Positions 12,966 to 27,586 of a stretch of 64,000 bases of DNA are shown piece by piece (position 1 is the stretch's first letter; each line of letters begins with the position of its first letter). A model generated the notes under the pieces. It did no database searches. It saw only the letters and a program-made list of their open reading frames with translations, and had not been told where the DNA came from. The translations under genes and the position numbers were made by a program. Source of the stretch: Marsupella aquatica (taxonomy: Eukaryota; Plantae; Marchantiophyta). The DNA lies in the NCBI GenBank assembly GCA_973895155.1, contig OZ316897.1, positions 22,481,455-22,545,454 on the forward strand. The letters run 5' to 3'.

Positions 12966-14237
12966 ACGAGGAACTGAGGAAGGCCTCTCTCTCTCTCGCT
13001 ACGGAACTGTCACAAGCGAAAGTTCCTTACACGCTTCGAAGTTTTGTAAGAGCGATCTAGACTGATGTAGCGTATTATTGGATCCAATCTCATTCCGCGG
13101 ATCCGCACGTGCTGCTTTGTTTCCAGTCCAGCACCGTCCATGCGTGCTCAATTCGTCCGCAGACTTTTCTTGTGCGCTCCCCCTGGTCACACTGTCAACT
13201 ACCTCTCCTCTCCCGGGCTTGACTTGCTCCTTCCACCGCACAACAGACGGTCCGCAGAGGGAGATTGAAAGGAAGTATTATAGTAATCGATCATCCCGCC
13301 GCTTGGATGAGGTCAGAATTATGATGAGGGCCCATATTTCGTGCCGGAGGAGAAGAACTACCGTATTAAATCTTGCTGCAAGGGGAGGACAGAATGGATT
13401 CAGTGTTTCAGTGGCTTGAAGTTAAAGGGACCATGACAAGTACAGTAGTAGGCGTCTCCGAGAATGTTCGCTCTTCGCCATTCGTTCCGCTGTGTTTTCA
13501 GTGACGGTCGTGTCCAAAGGTTTACTACTCATTTTGATGTCTCGAAAAAGGTTGATACCCGGAGTTGACTGCTGGCTGATGGAAATTTCCCCAGTCTTCA
13601 ATTTCAACACTGGGATGCCGAGAGAGTGGCGGCATAGTATGAATCCTTCTACAGAATGACGACAGGATGATGTGAAGATGGTCGTTGATTGTCGGGACGA
13701 CAGAGAGGGACGGTGGAGTCTTGAAGAGGACTTTCGGAAGAGAGATACTTTTGGTCTATGGTTCAACGGCGGCCTTTGCTTCGATGGTGGAATCCAGCTG
13801 GATGGTATCAATGGGAGCATCGCGGTTTACTATTAATTATCGTGGACAGCGAGCCTCTAGGTTCAATTCAAATGCTTTCAATGCTGTTCAAGTGATGCAT
13901 AAAGGTACACACGAACAAGAACATTGAAAGCACTTCTTACTTGAAATCTTTTATTTACTCTGATGGGCTTTCCATCTTCATTCATGCACTATAAGATGCG
14001 GAAGAATGGATTGAAAGTACTCCTGATTGATGATGACTGCATCGACAAAGCCGCTCCTATACCGTCGGGGTTGTCGTTGCTGCTTTGTTCTGCCTCAGGG
14101 TGGCATCGTGGAGCTCAAAAGCACTTGCCACTCACTGATGGGAAGGGGCCCTGAAAGAAATATATGTTGGTGGTTTTCTGGTTCCTCAAGTCTCGCTTTC
14201 AATGTGGAGGAGGAGTTCATTAGGGGAGTAAGGGAGA

Positions 14238-17200
14238 ATGTCATCCTTGCTTTATCGATTTCTAGTCGTCATTATGAAGCGCTCAGTTCAAAATTGGCTG
14301 GTCTTGTCGGTGTTGGTTTGTTCCACCCTCTCGGAATTTGCAATCTGCGACTCACTGGCGTTCGATCTTCAGGAGGGAAAAGTGATAGTACAAGGTCCTG
14401 ATCATGATCTCAGCTTATTTCCTTCAAACTCTCGCACGAAAAGCCCACGAGAAATGGCCACCGAAGAAGAATCTCTCTTTAATCGGTATTCGGCTCCTAA
14501 GGTCCCAGGAACGAATGACAGGAGAGCACGATCAGCCACAAAGTTTAGTCCGCAGTCTGGTCGAAAGGATGATCGGTGGAAGGTTTCCTCCAGCAGAGGT
14601 GGCTTTCTTCGTGAATCTAAGCGTGGAAGCAGAAAGTCGAGCCATTCGAGAGGTCTGCTGCAGCAGTCCAGCCAGCCTTCATGTCCAGTAGATTTCAAGT
14701 TCATGAGGCAATTTCCCTCGTACGTCGACTCCTGCCGGGATTTTGACCCACTGCAGAGCAGCGCCTGCTGCAGGGCCTTAAACTCTTCAATTGGGCAAGC
14801 GTGGTCGGAGTACTTGAGAGTCTCCGGACAGTTCCGCCTCAAAGATGTTGCAACTGTGGGTGCTTGCTTTGACGTTCTCAGTGCCGAGCTACAGACAGAG
14901 GACAACAGTCTCAGCAGCATGATCGTGCCGACATGCTTCCCCGAATCAAACTACTCGAATTACGTCAGCGGCCCTTCCAATTGTCAGGGAATCAAAACCC
15001 GAGCAGACTTCGAGAGACTTGCTGGTCCGGCCACCATTAATTCGACATTAAACCGGTACTGCTCGGGCTCCTCCATCATTGCATACAATCTCTGCCTCCT
15101 GTGCGTGAACTCCATAAAATCGATATATGCAGAGCTGTCCGCAATAGGACCGAACCATACAGATTGCTCCATTTACACCCTCTTCTATGCAGCTGGGGTC
15201 AGCAATGTGAACGGTCCTTATGACCCCGCTGCAGCGAATTGTATACTGGCGACTGATATCAAGAGCTCCAAGAAGGGCGCTTCGGAAGACTTAGCGTTGC
15301 ACATTGGCATTGGGGCTGCTGCAGCGTTCGTGGTTAGCGCGATTGCCTTTTTCGTTTTCGTTTTTTGGTGGAGGAGGAGGAGGGGGGCCGCACGGAGGGC
15401 GTTCATAGAGCGCAACACTGGGCTCCTGAAGCCGGCTATGATGCGGCCCAACACAGGTCTCATCAAATTTTCATTCGAGGAGATCAGGGCTGCCACCAAC
15501 AATTTCTCGGCCAAGAATTACATTGGCTCGGGCGGGTTTGGTGATGTGTACCATGGTGTGCTTGACGATGGGTTGGAGGTGGCTGTCAAGAGGATGAAGA
15601 ACTGCTCGACAGATGGTGATGCGGATTTCATCAATGAGGTGTGTATAAATCTGCCGAAACGTTGATTTAATCACACCGTAATCTGAATTTAGTGCGCAAA
15701 AGAGAGTGGAAAACCACCGAGAGATCGTCAAATTAAATGTCAATCATGTTAGGTTATCGTTTGCTAAATTGCTTTCGTCTGTCGTCAACTGAAGCTAGAC
15801 CACACTCTAGAGGACTTAAAAGTTCTAAAAATCTTCCTTTCTGTGGAAAAGGCTGAATTCCATTCTGACACACAAGGAAACTCACCTGTTCCGTCTATCT
15901 TGTCACTTAATTGAGTAGACGAGCTAAGATGCTGGAAAGCATGCGATCAACAAGCATCCGATAAAGTTCGGATCAACCTGACCTGTGACGCATTGTAAGA
16001 GTGGCTGTTGCATCATTCGGGACAAAGTCATGCGCAGGCTCTGGATAGAAAATTCAGGAAATGTGAACGTTATGAACAGCCGGTTCCAACAACGCCTCTG
16101 GCCGAGACGTCATGGATCTAAAGAACTCTTCGAGAAAAATTGTAAAATTCGGTGAACATGCTTTGAATGAGGACTTCCTAATCATTAGTTTCGTCTCGTG
16201 GCAATTCTTCAGGTTTAGGTTATTCACTGATTAGGAGACTCAACCAAAGCGTAGGAATAACAGTAAATTCGTTTAGGTTCAGTGTTTTGGAGGATAGCTC
16301 AGACTGTAGTAAACTCCTCATCATAGTTGACTCATACCAGAAACGATTCTCGATTATCTCGGGTACCAATTTGGAGAACAGGTTGTTCAAATTGGGTAAA
16401 AGTCTTTACGTTCATCCAAATGGAGCACACAGGGAGATCTTACCGTAAAACCACTGTTTACGGTCTTGTGCTTCACTGTTTGAGGGAGAAATAGCAGTAC
16501 ATAGGAGATGAACTGCAGCCTCAACAAGAGTGAGACACGCTTAGGAACCCCAACTTGTTTTAGGTCTCACCTAGCATCTACATGAAGGTAATAGCTTGCT
16601 GTCTCTACATGGAGTTGGAACTGTGACTTCTCGGAAAGATGTGGACATGAAGAGCCAGTGGATCTGCTTTAATTTTGTTGTTGTGAAAAGGAGGTCTCAA
16701 ATGATGTGATGACTAAAAAATTGGACAAGATCTCCAAGGCACATTGCGTCCTTCGAGTGAGAGCACTTAACCAGATCTGCAATTAATTATCAGACAGTAG
16801 TCATCTACTTTCTTAGACTAATGAATTGCGCTTGGACTTGGATTATTTTCAACTAGGTGAACGTGATCAACAGCTTGCGACATCGCAATCTCGTAATCCT
16901 GCGAGGCTGTTGTGTGGCAAGCACGGACGCAGATGGGCACCAGCGTCTCCTCATCTACGACTACATGTCCAACGGGAGCCTGCAAGATTACCTTTTCGGA
17001 ACGAAAGCAATCAATAAGCCAGTCCTGAAATGGGCGGATCGGAGACGCCTAGCCATCGGGATGGCGAAAGGGATTGCGTATCTGCACAACGATGCACGGC
17101 CTTCCATCATCCACAGGGACATTAAGGCGGCCAACCTGCTGCTCGACGAGAATCTGCATGCTAAGGTGGCGGACTTCGGGCTGGCGAAATTCAGCATCGA

Positions 17201-17813
17201 AGGGCAGTCTCTGGTGGAAACCGCAGTTGCCGGGACGCTGGGCTATGTAGCACCCGAGTACGCTCTCTATGGGCAGTTGACAGACAAGAGCGATGTCTAC
17301 AGTTTTGGAGTGTTGCTGCTGGAGTTGATGAGTGGGAGGAGCGCAATCGAGGGGGTCCTTGGGCAGTCCTCCCTGATCACGGATTGGGCTTGGGGGATAG
17401 TGAAGGACGGCAATGTGGTGGACATAGTTGACGAGAAGATCAGGAATGAAGCTCTTCGAGATACCATGGAGAGGTTTGTTCTCGTGGGGATCTTGTGCTC
17501 CCACATGCTGGTGGCATTTCGACCCACCATGGAAGAGGCTCTGAGATACCTTGAAGGAGATTCTCCGCTTCCTCACATCCCCAACCGGCCCTTACCCATG
17601 AACCACATGGAATTACCTTGGGAAAGACATTCACCTCCTCGTGCCCCTTCTCCAAGCCCGTCCCCACCACCTATCGACATTGCTGCTGGTACGGACGCCC
17701 TCCCAGATGGGAAGGAATCAGAAGCAGCGAGACAGTACAGAGTGCATAGAGCTGCTATGAGGGAGTTTTCTGGAAATTCCGCAAGCGTGAACGAAGAGTC
17801 ATTGCTTCGGTAG
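14238..17813 (+). CDS. Receptor-like Ser/Thr kinase with SPARK-like Cys-rich ectodomain (RKF3-like), 2 exons: 14238-15638 and 16857-17813
   Basis: Signal peptide; CPVDF..C..CCRAL..YLRVSGQFRL ectodomain; TM followed by RRRR; GSGGFGDVY, VAVK, HRDIKAANLLL, DFG, APE; phase-0 GT-AG intron joins FINE|VNVINSLRHRNLV. Start may be 14274. Confidence 0.92.
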
Positions 17814-20175
17814 TTGCCTTGCAGTCTGGCGAACTGACTCATCGCATCGAATGGAAGTCTTGCTCAATCAGCAAATTAAAGCATGATTTAAGAGGGGAGC
17901 ACAGTCAGGAGAGCCCGCAGGAGAGGTGATTCACTAATCAGTGGGCTCGAATTCTGCGGACGCGTGGCACCCCAGCCAGTTCAGTGAGCATCTCGCTGAT
18001 TCCCGTTGGCTATTGCTCTACCACTTTCATTTTGATTGATACTTCAGATAGGATTGCCGCTGCCAATGAACTTGAGGCCGGGAGTTGAGACATTCTTTTC
18101 TTCATTAACGTCGGCAGCTTTAAGAGAAACGGCTCCGAACAAACGCTTTTGGATACAAAGCAGACAAGCCAAACAGCTTCAATGAATCCATTTGGGGTAC
18201 CACCGAAAGAATGCGTCCATCAATCCAGTTCGTTGAACGCAACAGAAGAATGGCTTCATACAATTCTCAAACAGACATTCTCGGGAAACTGATTTCGGGA
18301 TTGTTTGAGAGCTACATTCAAGACAATCTAGGCCGGGACCTCTCAGGATATATCGGTTGTCATGAGCAGCTGTTGATGACCTTCGATGACTCGACTATTC
18401 TCCGGTGTGGAATTTTATTGAAGAGAGAAAGCTGCGCCAAGCTCCAGACAGACATGCTGTCACACACCTTTGCCTGGTAGAAGCTAGATACCTGTCGATT
18501 GGCAATGGAGAGAATCTAGAAGATCTATGCATGGGGCTGGTTATTACGGAGGTATGCAGTGAGTCATTTCTGTGGCAGCTTTGGGCAACAAATATTTCTC
18601 TCTGCGTCCTCTGGTACACTGTTTTTAATGACTGATACCTGCAGCTTTAGGAACGAGAATCAAGTTGTCCATGCTTTGCCCAGATCTTGTTGGGCTCAGC
18701 ATGTGCTAGCTAGACATTGACGTCACTGAGACCAGGCGTTACAGAGATTTTTAGGGAAGGGTGAATTGTAATATATTTATTAAGTCCAGGACTCTGATAA
18801 CAACTTTCCACGCTGTTGTCCACCTGTTTCCAAAAGGTTGTCTGCATTCTTCCTTGAGGAAAAATGGATGCATTTGGAGAGTAGGTGTAAAACGTGAGCT
18901 CTGGATCCCAAATAGCCCTTTGAATTTTTTTGCAAAGATACAACTCGGCTGCTCAAAAGGTCAATGAAAACTGTTTGAAACTCCAGAGTTCCACCATTCA
19001 ACAATCTAAACAGTGTGATATGCAACCTAGCTCTTTGCATACTCAAGGTGTGTTTATGAAATGTCATTCTGGCAGGAAGCCTCCTTGGCCACTGGATTAT
19101 GGTGACAGTTTTTTCTAACTGTGAGATGGACCTCAAAGTGCTACTATGAACCTTTTCCTAGCTTGCACACTTCTTGAAACCCTGTGCCCAACCTGACACT
19201 TTCTCTCAGCTTGCACACTTTTTGAAATCCAGTTGCCAAACTGACTCCCCTAAGTCTAACTTCCTGGTTGTTTCATTTGAGCTTGACAACACGTCTACTC
19301 AACAGCACTTACTATTGAAAATACTTGAAAATACCACACAACGCACGGGCATCAGGCTAATGACTAACAATAGCATTGAGGATTGCAGGAGAATGAGGAG
19401 ATGGACCGCACTACACAATACGACCCCCACCTCTTAAGCTAGCTGGCCCACAGACCAAGACATACATACATACAGCCGGCCCTCTTTCCCTATCAAGTCA
19501 CCCCACCTAGCTCCCACAAAGATGTCAGTCCCTCAAGCAGTGTTATAAAGTTTTGCCTCTTAGAGTCAACTTAGGAGGGTCCCGCAAATCATGATTTGGA
19601 ATGTCCTTATTGAGACACACGGCTTACATTAGAAAAAACGTTGAGATTCATGTGTATGATCTAGGTGACGACAATAAAGAAATGACTGTACATTACACAG
19701 TACCAGTGAGTACTTGCAATTCCACTTGTTGCATGTTCAAGGATTGCGTCTTTCACAGGGTCAGGTGGTGAATGATTTTAACAGTTAAGTGTCGAGGTGC
19801 GTAAGCATTGTTTCACGTATTCCTCAACAGTCAGTTTGGGTCGCAACTTCCAGTGACAAGCTGTGGAAGGTTTCGATAAGTCTATGGGACCTCTTCCTCC
19901 GGCTGAATTTCCAGATTATACCGACCTTCAAATAAACTCGCAAGCTTAGGAATCACGTAGAAGCTAGTAATTCTGGCAAACCATCCGACTTCAAACGGAC
20001 CGATCGCCAATGAAGCAATCGTCGGTCAAAGAAATGCAGATACGAACGACTGTACTCCGAACATACACGATAGCTGAGAGGGCAGAGGGAGTCCACAAAC
20101 CTCCAGAAGGCAGAAAATTATCGAGCTGAGGTGTGAAGCTAGCTTGAAAAATGCCCGGAAAAATGACTTCATTAA

Positions 20176-21608
20176 TTAAAGTTTCTGCGCTATTGTTTTG
20201 ACAGCATCCGCCAAGGCAACTAGTGCTTGCGCTAGTGTGGCGGTGTCTTTAGGTTTATTCTCCGTGTCCCCGCTACCACATTGTTGTCTATCATTGCGTT
20301 CCAAAACCTTCATGAAACACTCGACAAGTTCTTTGGACCCATCTTTCATGGCATGCACGAAATCATCTAATACCACAGGATTTTCCAGGCTAACTGGTGC
20401 CTTTTCTTGACCCGCCTTCTTCCTCCTCCGCTTCCCGCTTGAGTCAGTATCCATGGATTCCATATCGTTGGCCTCGCTACTTCCCACCTTCATTGGCGAG
20501 TCATTACAAATTTGAGAGCATTATCAGACTCTGTGATCGAAATTGTAACTGGAATACATATGCACCCGACAGAAATAGTGAATAAAAAAAGTTTTTTCAA
20601 TTCGTAAGTAATTGTAATTTCCATGCTTCTAGTTTGAAATAGAAGACGGTGTATTGATCAAAGTGAACGATAGACTGTAAATTTTACACAAAGCCCATGA
20701 ACTTTACTATCAAATATTAACATTACACGATGCAACAGTCATACGAACTTGGTTCATTACTACGGCAAGATGTGAAACCGATATAAACAAAGGAGTTTAC
20801 AAAGCGCTTTGAATTACTGGAGTTGGAATTCCGAACCGAATCGATGTATGCATGATATTCAAGATGGGATCGTAACAAGCCTAGCTAGAGTACCAGGGTA
20901 ACTTACAGTGTTCACCTTGTCTTTTTTTGTCAAGCTGTTAGTGCCCGTGGGTAAAGCGACTCCCACGGTGTTTGGTTGCTTGTAGCTCTCTCGTTCCACC
21001 TTACGACGTGCTTTGTCTTTCTTTTCTTCTTTCTCGTTCTGAATTGCATGCAAGCTATAGAAAACAACCTCGTCCATTTGTGGGGGGAGGCTGGCGTCTT
21101 TGCGCTCCTTGTTGGTCATTTCTTTAAAGTAGTTCTTTCCTGTGGGGTTCACAATGTACTGCCACTCTCGCACAGCCTTGTAATCTTTCATCATGTTCTC
21201 CCACTTGTCTTGGCACTGACTGCCGCTTCTGCCCATGTCCTTCCCCTCCATATGGGTAGCCACGATTCTCCACTTCTCTGCTGCAGGGAGCTTCACCCCT
21301 TGGAGCTTGTACATTTGACATCTCTCCCACTCTTCTTTCTTTGCATCGATCAATGTCAGCATCTCGGTTACAGTCCATGGGGCACTCCGGCTTCGTTTTT
21401 TAGTAGTGCTGCCACTGTTATTGTTATTGCATGAAGGTGTTTGTGCTCCTCCGTTGCAGTCAGAGGTGGCAGGAGTCGGGAATGTGCTCGGTGTTTGCGG
21501 ACATGCGCATGCAGACAAGGTCAGGGTGGCCACATCCTCCTGAGTGGGATCGGATGCCTCTCCGTTCTCGCCTTCCATGTCTGTATCACATTCTAGTTCC
21601 CATACCAT
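20176..21608 (-). CDS. Trihelix (Myb/SANT-like) transcription factor, ASR3/SH4-like; exons ~21608-20907 and ~20487-20176
   Basis: WTVTEMLTLIDAK..KWRIVA..RSGSQCQDKWENMMKDYKAVREW..ERKDASLPPQMDEVVF; C-terminal LVALADAVKTIAQKL. Acceptor site tentative. Confidence 0.85.
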
Positions 21609-24600
21609 TGCCAACACAGCCCTTGACAACGGCCCTATGTGGGTCGTAATTGGAAGAAGGCGGCTTGTCAATGAGCATACATGATGCCGAAGGTGCAGAA
21701 CTGTGACTGTCTAAATCATCTTCCACAACTAGAGTAGTCTCTCCTCACTGACCCCGCTTCTTTATTGTTTCGAAAGGATTATTTTGAAGTATGTCAGTCA
21801 GTGACGGACCGGTCAAAAGCATCAGCATCGATCTTAACAGGTGAAACAGCTTGTGTTCCAAGGTTTCAACTCACGTTTGCATGTTCAATGCTGAAGTATG
21901 AAGAACCATCAGCAGACTGTGTACACAGAGGCTGTTGCTCAACATTTGTCGAGCTTCTTCCTTTTCTTCTCTGCTTGAAAGTTGCCATCGTCTAGAAAAC
22001 ACAAAGGTGGGTTTAAAGAAGATACAGAGCTGAAGATATTGTTCCTGGAGAAGACCGGCAGAAGAGGCAGTCCCAGATAATGAATAAGCATATGTCTCAC
22101 TCATAATCTATGCATATTAAATAAATACCTTAGTTCCAATTGGTGCTTACATTATAAGCAACGTCATGTGTAGATCGATTCGGCGCTGTTGATCGATACG
22201 GATGACCAGGGATTGTGTGAGCAAATATCTTTGGCACATCAAGGTTGGCGCGGATGTGAGCACCAACGAGTTGCAGTCAGTTCAAGGATTTCATCCCAGA
22301 TTAATCTGTCGTCCTAGCTTTCGGTTCAGTTTTATTTAGCTTGTTTATTTTACGATGTTTTATCATGGTCTCGATCTCACATTTATTTTGAGTCTCTAGG
22401 CTCATCTTACCTGGTCTTACTGCAGGACGATGTCGGTCGTTCAGTCACATCTTACAATTGGCATGCACGTTCATTGTTCGTTTTAGGAGTAGTACTTCCA
22501 GTACCTCCGTCTCCTACGTAAGGCTTATCTTGATGGCTCTTCTTGAGGTCTCCTGTGTCTACGTACAGACATGAAGGTAATTGATTTCTTGCTGAAGTTT
22601 TAGGGTCACTTGTGAGAACTATGGAAAGATGTGTATTGATAATTCGTTGACGATAGTGCTTCGTCTCTATGCCTTTCCAAAGATAAAATTCTGATTTCAG
22701 TCTCGTTCACATTACAATAATTCTTTTTGTGGCTTCAATTGTAGGTAGCTGTGAAGTTATCACAATGTCGTAATTCTCAATAAATATCACCCTGTGAAAT
22801 TCTCTTCTGTGAGTCTATTTTTGGATAGTTTTGAGTTACTTTAGTGAAGTAATTCTCCAGACCTTCACAGTTTTCGAGTCAAATTCTTGCCAACGAATCC
22901 AAATGTAGAGTTGCGAAGTATCGCTCACCTGCAGATTCTACGAAAGTAAGATTCTGTCGGCGTCAACAGTTCTCGAGAAGAAAACCGTGCAGGTTTGGGC
23001 AATTTTAAAACTTTATTATGAATATTATGAATGATGGCGAAATCTCTTGTTCATAAGAGCGATACCCACATTTTTTAATAACCTAATACGACTCCATGCG
23101 TCCACAGGGAAATTCGATAGGTCTTCCGCAATTTCTGCGGGCTGGTCGGTCCAATTTTGTGGTTTGGCTGTGAAGCACTGAGAAGTGATTAAGGGATTTA
23201 CATCTTCCTGGATTGCTCCAAATCCCAAGACAAAAGCTGTATTTATGTCATTTTATTCAACGCATTAATCTATCATGGGACAAATATCTACTGTACTTAG
23301 GGCATCATATTACCCTTTGGTGGACCTTTGGAGGATGGGTCACTACATCATAAGTTTCTCAAATCTGTCCGCTCCTAAAGCAGCGATCTACATTAGAGGC
23401 TATAACCTGCAATCAAGCACCAAATAAAGCAATTATCAAATTTCTTAGTGGAACGTTCTGCTACAATCGTTTGATGAAGCTAAGAATAACTTATCTTTGT
23501 TGGATTGGTTTCATTTATATTAATTAATTATGTTCTATTAGGACCCATAAAACCCCCAGCATTTGGTGAGGAAAAGTGTTTGGTGCGGGGCTATGTGACA
23601 ACATATAGCTAGCGTTGCACTAACGCATTTTCTCATCCTGATTCAAATTCTGTTGTAAGTTGAGCGGTGTGCACGTTCTGCCAAAAATCAAGACAGTAGT
23701 AACTGCGGATCATCATCTACAACACGGGATAGAATCGCACCTAAGAAGGTGGATCGTCTCGGACTGCTCCGATCGATCATCAGTTGAGTTATATAGAGTC
23801 ACGCTGCTGTTGTCCAGTGATTCGAGGATCGTAGTTCAGCCGCTCGCTGTTGTGTTCAGCTATTTGGCCGGCTCGCAGAATGTCCTATTAATACTCCTAT
23901 CCACAGGAAGTAGCCTGGTGATTACTCCGAATCGACTACCGTGATAGCAATTCTCCGTTATGATGATTTTCCAGTGCCAAACTCTTGGTCGAAGTCAAAA
24001 TTATCTGGAAATCCAATTCCCAGATCATTTGCTCGATTCATTCGAAGTCGATCGAGTCTTCATCTATCTTCGCACTCGCTCAGTCCAGTTCGATCCTATC
24101 AGGATCGGATTTACTTCCACCAGATGGAATTCAATTCAAGCACTTCAACACGATTCAATTCTGCCTTAACTGGATTAATAAAGCCCCAACCGCGGGTACT
24201 GGGGAACGCAACAGCAATACGAGCAGCAGCTTAAGCAGCCCAACCCCGTGGAATCAAGTCAGTCCAAACAATCAGCGCAACCCATAAACTGAGTCTTCTT
24301 CCAAACTCTCCACAGATTCAAACAAATTGAGTACTACCCTGATTGTAGAAATTAATTCACTCCCCGGCAATGCCAAGCAATTCAACCCAGTGATCGAGGA
24401 ACAACTCCCTCTTCGAATCAACTGGAGCCGGTGTCCTGACGAATGCTGTCGAGAATGAATTCTCTAACTCACGTGAATAACACTCTCACATTGGAATTTG
24501 GTCGTTTTGCTTTGCAATCGTCAATTCTTTTGCTGGCTGGCTGAGCAGCCAGCGATGGAAGAATTGGTTTAGTGGCGGGATTTTCGAAATTGCAGGGCAG

Positions 24601-24764
24601 GGAGGGAGGTAGGGAGGGAGGGAAGGAGGGACTGATCGAGCTTGATAGCTAGCTAGGTCTTCGGAGTGTGTGGATTATGGAGTCGGAGCCAAAATTGGAA
24701 TAGTAGAAGAGGGGGGGGACGACATCGGTTAGTGAGTAACTGCCGCTGTCCTGCAATGCTTTCT

Positions 24765-25035
24765 GCCCGAGGTGGTCAGTTACTCGCCTGCCTGCCCGCG
24801 ATTCCATCCCCTCTTAAGGTTCGAACCCAAGCCATCAGGGTTCAAACCATGCACCGAGGCTATGCCCGAGGTGGTCAGTTACTCGCCTGCCTGCCCGCGA
24901 TTCCATCCACTCTTCAGGTTTGAACCCAAGCCATCAGGGTTCAATCCATGCACCGAGGCTATGCCCGAGGTGGTCAGTTACTCGCCTGCCTGCCCGCAAT
25001 TCCATCCCCTCTTCAGGTTCAAACCCAAGCCTCAA
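24765..25035. repeat. 99-bp tandem repeat, ~2.7 copies
   Basis: GCCCGAGGTGGTCAGTTACTCGCC starts at 24765, 24864 and 24963. Confidence 0.9.
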
Positions 25036-26897
25036 TGTAACTATCTCCTTAATTACGCGCATTCCAAAGCTACTTCTTGGGCCTATTGTCTAGAGTGAAT
25101 GAGTGAGGGTTCAAACCATGCATCGAGGCTGGTCAATCTAACTATCTAATTAATAAAGCGAGATCAAAAGTTACTTCTTGGGCCCGCTGTCTATAGTGAA
25201 ACCTCTAGGCCATAACTCTAGGTGAGGGTGCACATCAAAAGAAAGGGGATGGGGGCAAAGATGGAGGTGTTTGCTTGATGACCCCCAAAATGAAACTTGT
25301 TACTTGATAGACCCCCTGAGGTCTATCAACGGTCCAGATATGAGATTGAAAGCTCCATCAACGGTCCAGATTGGGGAAAAGTATTGAGGGGGTTGATAGT
25401 GGTGGACCTTGCCACCCATCGCCCTCACCAATCCAGCACCCACGCCTAAGTGCCCCTGGTGCCTGAACGCCTCCACAGAATACCTCGAGCAAGCAACCTA
25501 GCGCCCCTTGCACCACCAACGACCCCTCCCATACGAAGCCACAGTCACTTGCTCTCCAACACGACCGCTACTCAACGGTCCTCACTGTCTGCACAAGCAA
25601 CCAAGCGTCTCGGTAAATAACTCTTTAGGATATATCTAGATCTCCCAAGTCTAGCATCCTAACTCAAGCTCAACAGACATTGGTAAGTAGGTCAGCGATA
25701 GGTCCTCCGGATGCCATAAGTCAAAACCAAAACCAACGCCCACTGTTCGTCTAGAACAGCTCCTTCCTTGGACCATAAACCCTAAACCCTAAAGCGTAGC
25801 TTGTCCTAAAGTTTGTCCCAATACGTTGGGACAAGAATGACCTCCGTCTCTAGCAACCAACTCCCGATTCTTGCCCCACTAATGGTCTAGGGCCAAGCAC
25901 CCTTGGAACTCAACCTCCATGCTTATTTGGCCTTGCCTCCCAACGCCTGCTCCCTTGAAAGACTGAACGCGGCTTGGTTGCTGTTTCGGCAGGATTTGGC
26001 AAGCGGGCGAGATAACATCCGCAAACCTTGAGAACCTACGGCGCCCCTAGACCCAGCTGAGCTCAGGAGGATATAGCCATCCTCGAGAGCTTTCCAACGC
26101 ATCCAAGAAGTCCTCCAATGGACTTCCCGTTGGGAAGTTATTGGCGTTTCCATTTGGTGTTTTCCCTTAGTGTTGCGACAGACTGCCGCGGCTCACGACT
26201 TCGGCTCGCTCTTAGCCCCAGGGAGACACCACTCCCCTCATATATGCTTTTGGAGACCTATCACCCCCAGACCAACTTTGGTCCTCAACTTTTTGGTCCA
26301 CAACCCGGACCCTATCTCGCATGTCTGGGCGCGCCACCAACTGGCAACGCCCATAACTTCCTAGTTAGGCGTCCGCAAGCAAAGTGCTTTAGCCCACTGT
26401 GATCGGGCCGACCCAGTGTTCATGCCTAGGCCCTCAGATCTCATCGCCGCTTGAAGCCCCCAATCGGCCAAACCCGGATCGGGCCATAACTTGGGCCCCA
26501 AGCGTCCGTCGCCCATGGCGTCAACTCCATTAGCCTTGGGCCCAAGAGGAGCTCTCACTTAAGCCCTCAGAACTCAAAGTCTGTTTGGGAGTCCGGACAG
26601 TTGACCTTGAGTCTGGCCCCTTTCCCTTGAGCCGACCAGCACTCAGCTAGTCTAAGTCCTTAGTGTGTGTCACCAGCTTGGCCCCTTGCCTTCGCTAGTG
26701 CCACTTCCCATTAATGTCCACAAGTCTCCCCATGCTAAGTCCTCCCCGGATGGCCTATCCGGGCCTGGACCATAAGGGAGCTCGGCGTCGGAGTCAGCGA
26801 CGCCGGAGCTAAGTGTTAAGGTAGTCGAGTTTGGCGACTTTGATTAAACAAACTTTTTCCGGAAGGGGTTCTACTAAGCATATCTCTCGGCAAAGAT

Positions 26898-27193
26898 CTC
26901 GGGGGTTTCACTTCCACAAAAATGGCATATCACGTGCGACGAAGTATAGGGTCATTTTATTGGTTCAAAGGAAAGACTTAAGAATTTTCTGAGAAGAACA
27001 ATAGGGTCTTTTAAATCCAATTTTGAGACTTATAAGAACATTAGGGTCCTTATAACCAATTTTTTGGAATATTCCAAGAATATTCCAACTTTATAGGGGT
27101 TGAAAAAATAATTTTTTTCTTACAATTTAGGGGGTCCGAGGCCTAAAAACGTCGCAGGTGATGGGGAGGCATCCGTATAATGAGACCCCCGAG
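26898..27193 (+). mobile_element. MITE family A (CTCGGGGGTTTCAC...GAGACCCCCGAG)
   Basis: 8-bp TSD GCAAAGAT on both sides; near-identical to copies at 32706, 35583, 57641. Confidence 0.9.
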
Positions 27194-27296
27194 GCAAAGA
27201 TGATATGGCATGTTCATCCTAGAACATGCCTTTTTTTGTCTTGTAGTGATATGTAATTCATTTAATTTGTTTATGATAAAAGAAATAGGTACATGT

Positions 27297-27586
27297 CTCG
27301 GAGGCCTCAATCCAAGGGGTGTCCCATATCACGCGCAAAGTGTTGGGGGAATAAACATCCTAAAAGTTAAGTCAATAAAGTTTTTTTTAGGAATTTTTTT
27401 ACCCCTAACTTAATGGACCCAAATTTGATTTAAAAAACCCTATGATTCTTAGAATTCTCAAAATTGGATTAAAATAACCCTAATGTTCTTCAACAAAAAT
27501 TTAAAAGTATTTCACTAAACCCAATAAAAAAACCCTATACTTATTCGCGCGTGATGGGTAGGAAGAAAAGAAGTGAGGACCCTGGG
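27297..27586 (+). mobile_element. MITE family B (related termini)
   Basis: 8-bp TSD GTACATGT; reverse-orientation copies at 31329 and 32161. Confidence 0.85.

Noticed and set aside
14402-17842. Antisense ORFs over the receptor kinase (and similar ones over the decarboxylase and cargo gene)
   Set aside because: Shadow frames of real coding exons
25778-25794. AAACCCTAAACCCTAAA telomere-like motif
   Set aside because: Only two units; a common telo-box-like motif within TE-like sequence
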